Source: Sedimentisphaerales bacterium
GTDB taxonomy: Bacteria; Planctomycetota; Phycisphaerae; Sedimentisphaerales; UBA12454
Direction: 5' to 3'
DNA: 64,000 nucleotides
Assembly: GCA_050014075.1 (NCBI GenBank)
Contig: JBEKEA010000005.1
Span: 3,790-67,789, forward strand
A model generated the notes under the pieces. It searched no databases. It worked only from the letters and a program-made list of their open reading frames with translations, and was not told the origin of the DNA. Of the stretch, positions 36,612 through 45,286 are shown one piece after another (the first letter of the stretch is position 1; every line of letters starts with the position of its first letter). The position numbers and the translations under genes are program-made.

Positions 36612-39020
36612 ATGCGGATGGTTTCAAAAAAGATATACCAATCAGAACAGATAATTGAACAGACGCAAAATCAGGTATGGGGTTATCTTATTGGTATTTG
36701 TGTTTTCGTTGTCCTTGTAATAATTATGTTCGCGGATGTGCTCTTTAATGCTAATCCGCGTATTCTTTCGCATCTGCGAGGCGACCTGATGACCGAATTT
36801 CTCGACTGGCGTTATTTTGGTTTTAATCAGCTCAAACAGGGCAATTTAGCTTTATGGAATCCCCATGTATTCTGCGGCGTTCCGTTCTTCGGCGGGTTTC
36901 AATCGGCTCTTTTGTATCCGCCTAATTTTTTATTTATGGTGCTGCCTCTGGCTCTGGCTGTTAATGTAAATATTGTGCTGCATATATTGCTTGCCGGTTT
37001 ATTTATGTTCCTCTGGGCCTGGCACCGCGGGTTAAAACCGCAAGCCTGCTTTTTCTCTGCGGTACTGCTTATGTTTTGCGGACCGTATTTTATGCATATT
37101 TATCCCGGCCACTTATCCAATCTCTGCGCGATGGCGTGGGTTCCATTGATATTTCTTTCCATAGACGGCATTTGCGATAAACGCTCATTGAACTGGGCAC
37201 TTCTCGGCGTCGCGGCCATTTCGATGCTCATCCTGGCAGGTCATCCGCAATATGTATTCTATACCGCTGTCGCATCGGCAATTTACTGCGCGCTGTCGCT
37301 GTTAAATCAGCCTCAGCGGGCTCGTGTTTTGTCGCTTTTGACCCTTATGTGCATTTGGGCGGGGCTGCTTGTTTCTGTGCAGCTTTTAACCGGCTTGGAG
37401 GAATCGGCTTATACCGTTCGCGGCCATGGCGGAGTGGGACTTGAATTTGCTGCGTCAGGTTCGTTTCCTCTGGCAAATCTTATGACATTAATTTCTCCGG
37501 ATTTTTTAGGCTCGCTTCCCGACGACTCCTATTGGGGCCAATATCCTATGTGGGAAATGTCATTGTTTTTCAGTGTGACAGGATTAGTTCTGGCCGTATA
37601 CGGCCAGGTTTATGGCTCCGCTCGGCAGCGTCATTTTTGTATGACCCTGGTAATCATATTATTTATTTTGGCGATTGGCGTGCATACTCCGTTATTTAGA
37701 TTACTGTATAGAATCGTACCCGGCTTTAATAAGTTTCGCGGAAGTTCAAAATTCACTTTTCAAATGATAGTTTTTGCTGTGATGCTTGCCGGCATCGGGC
37801 TTCACCGGTTAATAAATAACAAACCATCCTGGAGGTGGATAATCGGCATCGCCTCGGTTGCGATTATCCTGACGGTTACGGCAGGTATCATCGCTGGTTC
37901 GGTTTCAGAATCGGGCATAGATGGCTGGTGGCACGACTTTATGAAACTCGTAAAATCGGCAGCAGACAAATTCAAAGAATCATATATAGATATCGCCTTA
38001 TACGATGACAGCAGCTTTGTTCGTTCCGCCGTGCATCGCGCCTCGAATTCATTGCTTGCTGCGGCAGGTTCGCTGCTCCTCCTGGCAGGTTTTTTCGCTC
38101 TGAAGCGGCGGTGGAATTATGCCGTTTATGCCATTATCCTGCTTGCATTGGCCGAACTGGCCGTTTTTGCTCTTCCGCTTCGTCCGACGTTCGACTTGAC
38201 AGACAAAGAATTGCCGCAGCCATTCAAAGAGGAAATTTCCAGATTGCCGGGTGACTTTCGAATTATTAATATGTTCGACAGAAACGGCGCAACGATGGCC
38301 GGCCTGTTCGATATATGGGGCTATGACCCAGGCGTCTCGCGAAGATATTCTGAATTTATGGCCTTCTCCCAGGGCCTCGACCCAGGCAGTGCGACACAAG
38401 ACGTAACATTTTCACGTACGAATCGGCTCTTTTCGTTATTGCGTTTGCGATATATAATCCAACCGAAAGACCAGGAAGACAGTCAGCCGCAGAGGATAGT
38501 ATTGACTGAGCCTATTCCTCCTCGTTTGATGCTGGTTCGGAATTTTCAGGTCGCAAAAGACCGTGATTCCATTCTGCGTTTGCTGGCCTCGCCGGGATTT
38601 GACCTTAATCGAACTGTTGTTCTCGAATCGCCGCCTCAGCCTTTGCCTCAGCCGTCGAACAATCAGGGCACTGTGAAAATCGTCGATGAATCAACTGACT
38701 ATCTGACGATTGAAGCCGACATCGACAGCCCTGCGATTCTGCTTGTTACCGATGCCTATCACCCTAATTGGCGAGCCGAACCGCTGAGCGGCAGTTGTCA
38801 GAAAAACTATCAGGTAATGCCCGCCGATTATGTTCTGCGGGCTGTCTCCCTCCAGGCGGGCCGGCATATCTTCCGTATGGAGTACCGCCCAAAAGCTTTC
38901 ACTATAGGTATGTGGATTTCAATTGTTTCGCTTGCCGCGTATCTTGTTTTGTGTCTCCAGCGTCTCTATTCCTTAGTTAGGAGACAGAATAATTCAAACC
39001 TTTCAAACTCGATTGCATAA
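36612..39020 (+). CDS. YfhO-like polytopic membrane protein (GT-C-like)
   Basis: LWNP..FCG.PF, LYPPN, GHPQY, R..S.F, C-terminal DAYHPNWRA..ADYVLRAV.L.AG.H...MEYRP. Confidence 0.75.
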   Translation: MRMVSKKIYQSEQIIEQTQNQVWGYLIGICVFVVLVIIMFADVLFNANPRILSHLRGDLMTEFLDWRYFGFNQLKQGNLALWNPHVFCGVPFFGGFQSALLYPPNFLFMVLPLALAVNVNIVLHILLAGLFMFLWAWHRGLKPQACFFSAVLLMFCGPYFMHIYPGHLSNLCAMAWVPLIFLSIDGICDKRSLNWALLGVAAISMLILAGHPQYVFYTAVASAIYCALSLLNQPQRARVLSLLTLMCIWAGLLVSVQLLTGLEESAYTVRGHGGVGLEFAASGSFPLANLMTLISPDFLGSLPDDSYWGQYPMWEMSLFFSVTGLVLAVYGQVYGSARQRHFCMTLVIILFILAIGVHTPLFRLLYRIVPGFNKFRGSSKFTFQMIVFAVMLAGIGLHRLINNKPSWRWIIGIASVAIILTVTAGIIAGSVSESGIDGWWHDFMKLVKSAADKFKESYIDIALYDDSSFVRSAVHRASNSLLAAAGSLLLLAGFFALKRRWNYAVYAIILLALAELAVFALPLRPTFDLTDKELPQPFKEEISRLPGDFRIINMFDRNGATMAGLFDIWGYDPGVSRRYSEFMAFSQGLDPGSATQDVTFSRTNRLFSLLRLRYIIQPKDQEDSQPQRIVLTEPIPPRLMLVRNFQVAKDRDSILRLLASPGFDLNRTVVLESPPQPLPQPSNNQGTVKIVDESTDYLTIEADIDSPAILLVTDAYHPNWRAEPLSGSCQKNYQVMPADYVLRAVSLQAGRHIFRMEYRPKAFTIGMWISIVSLAAYLVLCLQRLYSLVRRQNNSNLSNSIA

Positions 39021-39067
39021 CAGTTTGGGAAAATGATCGAACGTTTTGCAGTTATAGAGAAGACTAA
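38991..39067 (+). pseudogene. 77-bp direct repeat, copy 2: orphan PTPS 3' end
   Basis: Translates FKPFKLDCITVWENDRTFCSYRED* versus FKPFELHCVTVWENDRTFCSFRVD*. Confidence 0.85.
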
Positions 39068-39178
39068 CAAGGTGATTATCAGGGTTTAATTATTTATTGC
39101 TGCGCCATTTCCAGTTTCTGATTTCGGACATATTTTCGCCGTGGTCTCTTTGAGGTTGTAAAAGTCCAGGGTATTTTG

Positions 39179-39403
39179 TTATTTTCCGACGGCGCCTGAA
39201 GGCGGTTGTTGTGGTTGGATGTAAGGCCGCCGCGATAAGTTACCGCTCAGTATGTAATATATGATGGCAGCTAACATCAAAAACAAGAAAACCCAAAAAC
39301 TCCAGGTATGATGTATCTGTTTCCAGTAAGGCTTATCGTCATGATGCTTCTTGTTGTGCTCTTCCCTTTCCTGCCGATGGTGATTTTGTCCATTTTCATT
39401 CAT
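39179..39403 (-). CDS. Small membrane protein with a His-rich N-terminus
   Basis: AGGA RBS; HH-rich charged head, one TM helix WSFWVFLFLMLAAIIYYIL. Confidence 0.65.
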   Translation of the reverse strand: MNENGQNHHRQEREEHNKKHHDDKPYWKQIHHTWSFWVFLFLMLAAIIYYILSGNLSRRPYIQPQQPPSGAVGK

Positions 39404-39547
39404 TGGTTCTGTCCTTTCTTAATTCGATTTCCAATAATCACGATGCGGTGATGTTATTCCTCTTCTACGTATTGCAGAATATGCTGTTAATCAAGACAAA
39501 AAAAGAAAAGCCTGAAACTTGAATGAAAAAAGGCCAAAACCGCCGGA

Positions 39548-39571
39548 CCCCGTCATGCGGGGATGACGGGG
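39548..39571. repeat. CCCCGTCAT/ATGACGGGG palindrome, copy 1
   Basis: 9-bp arms, 6-nt loop; same arms at 40553-40602. Confidence 0.8.
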
Positions 39572-39655
39572 CTAAACACGGGGGTAATTTTTTCTTTGGT
39601 TTTTTGGGTTTTTCAAGGGTATAATTTGGGGATGAATTAAAATAAGGAAAATGCA

Positions 39656-40477
39656 ATGAAACAAATTATATTTTTTATCGTGTGTATTTCACTGATACCT
39701 GCTGCTTTTGCCGATGCGAACAAACCAGATGCGAATGCTCAACTGATTCAAGTCGCAGTAGACAGCAACCTTGTGAAAGTTAAAATATTGCCAGACGTAA
39801 ATGCTCAACTGATTCAGGCCGCAGCAGACAGCAACCTTGCGGCAGTTAAAAAATCACTGGCCAACGGTGCTGATGTCAATGCGAAAGATAAAGCCTATGG
39901 CGCAACCGCTTTGGGATGGGCGACGATGAAGGGTCATACAGAAATTGTCAAACTCCTGTTAGAAAAAGGAGCTGATGTAAATGCGAAAGATGATGAGGGG
40001 AGAACGGTCCTGATGGGAGCGGCATACAGGGGGCATACGGAAATCGTCAAGCTCCTGCTGAAAAAAGGTGCCGATGTCAATACTAAGAATAACAATGGCA
40101 TGACAGCTTTGGTTATGGCAGCGATGGAGGACCATACTAATGTTGTCAAACTCCTTTTGGAAAAGGGTGCTGATGTCAATGTAATAACTAATAACGGTGT
40201 AACAGTCCTGATGATGGCAGTGTCGAAGGGCAATGTGGAAATTACCAAAATCCTACTGGAAAAAGGTGCCCAGATCAATGCCAAGACCGATAAAGGTATA
40301 ACAGCCTTGATGGCGGGATCACGGCAAGGCCGCGCAAAAGTCGTCAAATTCCTTTTGAAAAAGGGCGCTGATGTCAATCTAAAGACTGACAATGGCTTAA
40401 CGGCACTGGGAGCGGCGAAAAAGAACGGGCACACAGATATTGTGCAGATGCTTGAAAAAGCCGGCGCAAAAGAATAG
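39656..40477 (+). CDS. Secreted ankyrin-repeat protein
   Basis: Signal peptide; about six G.TAL..A...G....VKLLL.KGADVN repeats. Confidence 0.95.
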   Translation: MKQIIFFIVCISLIPAAFADANKPDANAQLIQVAVDSNLVKVKILPDVNAQLIQAAADSNLAAVKKSLANGADVNAKDKAYGATALGWATMKGHTEIVKLLLEKGADVNAKDDEGRTVLMGAAYRGHTEIVKLLLKKGADVNTKNNNGMTALVMAAMEDHTNVVKLLLEKGADVNVITNNGVTVLMMAVSKGNVEITKILLEKGAQINAKTDKGITALMAGSRQGRAKVVKFLLKKGADVNLKTDNGLTALGAAKKNGHTDIVQMLEKAGAKE

Positions 40478-40552
40478 TGTGAAAAAATAGCGGCCGTTGT
40501 TGCAGTTGCAAAAACATTCGGGGGAGATGATGGGACGAAACGATAAAACGAA

Positions 40553-40602
40553 CCCCGTCATCATCCTACTTTGCTAAAGCTACGAAGGATAAGATGACGG
40601 GG
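40553..40602. repeat. CCCCGTCAT/ATGACGGGG palindrome, copy 2, with a nested hairpin
   Basis: CCCCGTCATC-ATCCT..GCTAAAGC..AGGAT-AA-GATGACGGGG. Confidence 0.8.
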
Positions 40603-40970
40603 CCATACCTGCAAATATAATTTTTGTTTCCTCGGAGTTTTTGAGGTTGTTTAAAGTCCTATAATTATTCGTTTTTCTAGTGCAAAAATGGCCTTTTGAT
40701 TGTTTTAGGGATAAATACTGTCCGATTATTTTTGAACAATCTTGTTGGTTTTTGAGTATTATAGGGGTATCTAACGTTTTTTAAGCGAAAAACGCCTATT
40801 TTTACATATTTAAAGGTTGAGAAATTTGCATTTTTAGACTATCTTCTTAAGGCATAAATGGCAGGGAGGAAGCATATCAAATTTAAAGCTTATCTTCTTT
40901 TTTTGCCGATATTTATGATATTGCTTGCCCTCGAGAAATCGGGGATTTGCGGATGTGTAATATGTCTGAG

Positions 40971-41002
40971 CGGCTTGTCCTGAGCGGAGTCGAAGGAAGC
41001 CG
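40971..41002. repeat. Miniature palindromic element in the polysaccharide operon leader
   Basis: CGGCTT-GTCCTGAGCGGAGTCGAAGG-AAGCCG. Confidence 0.75.
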
Positions 41003-41044
41003 ACAGGGACAGAGTCTAAACGGATTTAAGAAATCAGGAATTAT

Positions 41045-42019
41045 TTGATTAAAACAGCAATAGTAACGGGTGGGGCGGGGTTTATAGGTTCACATCTGTG
41101 TGAATACCTGTTGGCTCATAAGCAAAAGGTCGTTGTCGTTGACGATTTGAGCACAGGCAGCATTTCCAATATCGGGCATCTTCTTTCCAATCGCAATTTC
41201 GAATTTATTAAGGCTTCGGTGCGCGATGAAGATTTGATGAGGAAAGTAATCGAAAAAGGGGATTGTGTTTATCATCTGGCCGCAGCAGTTGGAGTTAATT
41301 TAATAATCCAGCGCCCTGTTCATACAATCGAAACAAACATCCACGGGACAGAGGTTGTGCTTTCGACGGCGAATAAATACGGTAAAAAAGTTTTGATAAC
41401 ATCGACAAGCGAAGCATACGGCAAAAATGAAGATGTACCGTTTAAAGAAGACGACGATATGGTGCTGGGCAGTACGAAATTTTCGCGATGGTCTTATGCG
41501 TGCAGCAAGGCGATAGATGAATTTCTGGCTCTTGCGTATCACCGCCAATACGGGCTGGAAGTGGTTATAGTAAGGCTTTTTAATACAATTGGGCCGAGGC
41601 AGACGGGCAGATATGGAATGGTTGTGCCGCGGTTTATTGACTGGGCATTGAAAAATGAGCCGGTAATGATTTACGGCTCCGGCAAACAGGCCAGAAGTTT
41701 TACTTATGTCAGCGATGTCGTAAGAGCGATGACGGCACTTATGGAACTTAAAAAAGCCAATGGCGAAGTCTTTAATGTTGGTTCAACAGAAGAAATAACA
41801 ATAGAGGCCCTGGCTGAAAAGATAATTGAAAAGGTCGGCAGCAAAAGCAAAAAGAAATATATTTCATATTCCAGGGCTTATGGGCAGGGATTTGACGATA
41901 TGCAAAGACGACTTCCCTGTCTTAAGAAGATAAAAAAGGTCATAGGGTATAAACCGCAGGTAAGTTTCAACCGGATGCTTGAGCGGATTATTGCTGACAA
42001 ACGGGGTGAAAATGAGTAA
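41045..42019 (+). CDS. NAD-dependent nucleotide-sugar epimerase/dehydratase (extended SDR)
   Basis: TGGAGFIGSHL, HLAAAVG, STSEAYG, YACSK, RLFNTIGPRQ. Confidence 0.92.
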   Translation: MIKTAIVTGGAGFIGSHLCEYLLAHKQKVVVVDDLSTGSISNIGHLLSNRNFEFIKASVRDEDLMRKVIEKGDCVYHLAAAVGVNLIIQRPVHTIETNIHGTEVVLSTANKYGKKVLITSTSEAYGKNEDVPFKEDDDMVLGSTKFSRWSYACSKAIDEFLALAYHRQYGLEVVIVRLFNTIGPRQTGRYGMVVPRFIDWALKNEPVMIYGSGKQARSFTYVSDVVRAMTALMELKKANGEVFNVGSTEEITIEALAEKIIEKVGSKSKKKYISYSRAYGQGFDDMQRRLPCLKKIKKVIGYKPQVSFNRMLERIIADKRGENE

Positions 42020-42057
42020 ACTGCCGGCCTTAAATTCATTGAAAGGATAGCTTAACG

Positions 42058-42996
42058 ATGGCTTTATCGCTAATTACGGGCGGAGCAGGTTTTATAGGCA
42101 GTAATATGGTTAGGTTTCTGCTGGATAAAGGGCAGAAAGTTCGTGTGCTTGATAATTTCGAGACCGGCAAACGTGAAAACCTGACTGAAGTTGTCGACAG
42201 AATCGAACTGGTTGAAGGCGATATCCGCGATATGGCAGCGGTTGGGCGAGCGGTTAAGGGTGCGGATGTTGTATATCATCTGGCAGCGCTTGGTTCAGTG
42301 CCGAGGTCTATAAAAGACCCGCTGACAAGCCACGATGTGAACGTTAACGGAATTGTGAATATGCTGATTGCGTCGCGGGATGCGAAGGCGAAGCGTTTTG
42401 TTTTTTCGTCAAGCTCATCGGTTTATGGCCAGAGCAAAGTTTTACCGCAGCACGAGGAATTGCCGCTGAATCCGATAAGTCCGTACGGAGCGACGAAAGC
42501 GGCAGGAGAAATTTACTGCAAGGCATTTTATGCATCGTATGGTTTGCAAACTATTTGTTTGAGATATTATAATGTTTTTGGGCCGCGGCAGGACCCGACA
42601 AGTCAATATGCCGCTGCGATACCACTTTTTGTTTCGGCGCTGATGCGAGATAAACCGCCAACTATATTTGATGACGGCGAGCAGTCGCGGGGCTTCACAT
42701 ATATTGAAAATGTAATGCAAGCGAACTGGCTGGCGGCAAACGCGAAAGAAACTCACGGCGAAACAGTAAATATCTCCACAAAAAATGCGGTGACGGTAAA
42801 TACTGTGGTAAACACGATACGAAAACTTCTCGGCAAAGAAAATATCAAACCGGTGTATGTTCCACCACGGCCGGGCGATATAAAACATTCACTTGCGGAT
42901 GTCAAAAGAGCAAAAGAATTGATTGGCTATGTTCCTCTTGTAAGCTTTGAAGAAGGAATAGCTAAAGCGATAGACTGGTATAAAGCGAATCTTTAA
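42058..42996 (+). CDS. UDP-GlcNAc(A) 4-epimerase, WbpP-like SDR
   Basis: TGGAGFIGS, HLAALGSVPRS, SSSSVYG, SPYGATK, RYYNVFGPRQDP.SQYAA.IP. Confidence 0.88.
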   Translation: MALSLITGGAGFIGSNMVRFLLDKGQKVRVLDNFETGKRENLTEVVDRIELVEGDIRDMAAVGRAVKGADVVYHLAALGSVPRSIKDPLTSHDVNVNGIVNMLIASRDAKAKRFVFSSSSSVYGQSKVLPQHEELPLNPISPYGATKAAGEIYCKAFYASYGLQTICLRYYNVFGPRQDPTSQYAAAIPLFVSALMRDKPPTIFDDGEQSRGFTYIENVMQANWLAANAKETHGETVNISTKNAVTVNTVVNTIRKLLGKENIKPVYVPPRPGDIKHSLADVKRAKELIGYVPLVSFEEGIAKAIDWYKANL

Positions 42997-43011
42997 TTGA
43001 AAGGTTTATAA

Positions 43012-44304
43012 ATGGCGAAAAGAGCACCTTTTGTCGGTATTGTCGGAATGGGGTATGTCGGGCTGCCATTGGCGAGAGAATTCGTTGCACGCGGGGCAAA
43101 GGTAATCGGGTTCGACATAAATGAAGCAAATGTTAAAAAAATAAATTCCGGACAAAGCCCTCTCAAGCACATTCCTTCCAGTGATATAACTAATATGATT
43201 AAAACCGGCAGATTCAATACGACAACAAATATGAAACTGATGAGCAAGCCGGACGCGCTGATAATCTGTGTGCCGACACCGCTGACGAAAAACCGCGAGC
43301 CGGATATGACTTATATCGTCGTTACCTGCGAAACGATTTCAAAATATCTGCGCAAAGGACAACTTGTTTCTCTTGAAAGCACGACATATCCTGGAACTAC
43401 AAGAGAGGTAATGAAGCCGATACTCGAAAAGAGCGGCTTGAAAGCGGGCAAGGATTTTTACATGGCGTTCTCTCCTGAACGAGAAGACCCGGGCAATAAG
43501 AATTTCAGGACAGCGACAATTCCTAAAGTTGTCGGCGGATATGATAAAAAGAGTCTTAAAATAGCATTAGAGATTTATAAATACGCGATTGATAAAACAG
43601 TGCCCGTGTCAAGCTGTGATGTGGCTGAGGCGGCAAAAATACTGGAAAATACATACCGCTGCGTAAATATCGCGATGGTCAACGAATTGAAGCAGCTTTT
43701 CGACCGGATGGGAATCGATGTCTGGGAAGTAATTAACGCGGCAGGAACAAAGCCGTTTGGTTTCCAGAAATTTTATCCGGGGCCGGGACTCGGCGGGCAT
43801 TGTATTCCGATTGACCCGTTTTATTTAACGTGGCGGGCAAGGCAGTTCGGAATGCCGACGAAATTTATCGAACTGGCCGGCGAAATTAATACCGCTATGC
43901 CGCACTATGTAGTGGCCAGAACACTGGAAGCGATGAACGAAAGAAAAAAAACTCTCAATGGCTCAAAGGTTCTTGTTCTTGGGCTTGCATATAAAAAAGA
44001 TATCGATGACGTGCGCGAATCACCATCGATAGAACTGATTGAAATTTTGAAAGAGAAGGGCGCAAAAGTCGATTACAACGATCCGTATATTCCTCATACA
44101 CACAAAATGCGTGAGCATAACCTTAAAATGAAAAGCAAACCATTGAACGCAAAAATGCTTAAGGGATATGATATTGTTCTGATTTCAACAGACCATAGCT
44201 GTTACGACTATAATATGATTGTTAAGAATTCAAAAATGGTTGTCGATTCCCGCAACGCAACAGCGAATGTAAAAAGCGGACGAAATAAAATTGTGAAGGC
44301 ATAA
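43012..44304 (+). CDS. UDP-GlcNAc 6-dehydrogenase, WbpA-like
   Basis: GMGYVGLPLA, ICVPTP, LESTTYPGTT, FSPEREDPGN, PGPGLGGHCIPIDP, GLAYK.DIDD.RESP. Confidence 0.92.
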   Translation: MAKRAPFVGIVGMGYVGLPLAREFVARGAKVIGFDINEANVKKINSGQSPLKHIPSSDITNMIKTGRFNTTTNMKLMSKPDALIICVPTPLTKNREPDMTYIVVTCETISKYLRKGQLVSLESTTYPGTTREVMKPILEKSGLKAGKDFYMAFSPEREDPGNKNFRTATIPKVVGGYDKKSLKIALEIYKYAIDKTVPVSSCDVAEAAKILENTYRCVNIAMVNELKQLFDRMGIDVWEVINAAGTKPFGFQKFYPGPGLGGHCIPIDPFYLTWRARQFGMPTKFIELAGEINTAMPHYVVARTLEAMNERKKTLNGSKVLVLGLAYKKDIDDVRESPSIELIEILKEKGAKVDYNDPYIPHTHKMREHNLKMKSKPLNAKMLKGYDIVLISTDHSCYDYNMIVKNSKMVVDSRNATANVKSGRNKIVKA

Positions 44305-44307
44305 AAT

Positions 44308-45258
44308 ATGAAAAGATTCGCGATAATCGGCGTTGCAGGCTACATTGCCCCCCGGCATTTAAAAGCAATCAAAGATACCGGTAATGTGCTCGTCGCAGCG
44401 CTGGACAAAAGCGATTCGGTCGGCGTTATGGATTCATATTTTCCAGATGCGGATTTTTTTACTGAATTCGAAAGATTTGACAGGCATCTGGAAAAACTAA
44501 AAAGAGCCGATAAAAAACAAGCGGTCGATTATGTTGCAATATGTTCGCCTAATTACCTGCACGATGCTCATATAAGATTTGCTCTCAGAATCGGAGCAAA
44601 CGCGATATGCGAAAAGCCGCTGGTTTTGAATCCATGGAACGTCGAGGCCCTGGAAGAGATTGAAAAAGAAAGCAAGGGAAAGATAAATACGATTTTGCAG
44701 CTTCGGCTTCATCCGGCGATAATCGAGCTGAAAAAGAAAATCGATTCAGCCAAGAACAAAATTTTCGATATTGACCTTACATATATCACGTCGCGCGGCC
44801 ACTGGTATCCGGTATCGTGGAAGGGAAATATAGAAAAATCCGGCGGCGTAGCAACGAATATCGGCATACACTTTTTCGATATGCTGGCGTGGATTTTCGG
44901 CGATGTTAAGAAAAATATTGTTCATATCAGTCAGCCGAAAAGAGCAGCGGGATACCTGGAACTTCAAAAAGCGAGGGTTCGCTGGTTTTTATCGCTTGAA
45001 AGAGACGATTTGCCGGTTAAGCCGCAGCCGGGAAAGCCTATGACATATCGTTCGATAACAATCGATGGACAGGAAGTTGAATTTTCCGAAGGATTCGGCG
45101 ATTTGCATACTGAAAGCTACAAGAAGATTCTCGCAGGCGAAGGCTTTACAACAAAAGATGTAATAACTTCGGTAAAGATAGCATCGGATATTCGAAATGC
45201 CGCGCCAATAGGCCTTAAAGGCGAATATCATCCGATTTTAAAAAATATAAAAAATTAA
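44308..45258 (+). CDS. UDP-GlcNAcA 3-dehydrogenase, WbpB-like
   Basis: FAIIGVAGYIAPRH, CSPNYLHDAH, CEKPLVLNP, LTYITSRG.WY..SWKG, TNIGIHFFD. Confidence 0.9.
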   Translation: MKRFAIIGVAGYIAPRHLKAIKDTGNVLVAALDKSDSVGVMDSYFPDADFFTEFERFDRHLEKLKRADKKQAVDYVAICSPNYLHDAHIRFALRIGANAICEKPLVLNPWNVEALEEIEKESKGKINTILQLRLHPAIIELKKKIDSAKNKIFDIDLTYITSRGHWYPVSWKGNIEKSGGVATNIGIHFFDMLAWIFGDVKKNIVHISQPKRAAGYLELQKARVRWFLSLERDDLPVKPQPGKPMTYRSITIDGQEVEFSEGFGDLHTESYKKILAGEGFTTKDVITSVKIASDIRNAAPIGLKGEYHPILKNIKN

Positions 45259-45261
45259 ACT

Positions 45262-45286
45262 GGATTCCCGCTTTCACGGGAATGAC
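45262..45286. repeat. ATTCCC-N8-GGGAAT palindrome (dRS3-like)
   Basis: GGATTCCCGCTTTCACGGGAATGAC between the WbpB-like and WbpD-like genes. Confidence 0.75.

Noticed and set aside
36511-39067. 77-bp repeat pair as a diversity-generating retroelement TR/VR
   Set aside because: Mismatches are not confined to adenines of one copy (7 of 13 are not A in copy 2), many are synonymous, and no reverse transcriptase is in the window
39890-40440. Regularly spaced DNA repeats as a CRISPR array
   Set aside because: They are in-frame 99-nt ankyrin coding repeats with no unique spacers and no cas genes
40960-41000. CTGAG...GAAGG as a hammerhead ribozyme core
   Set aside because: No CUGANGA or GAAA core in the right arrangement; explained by the palindromic repeat
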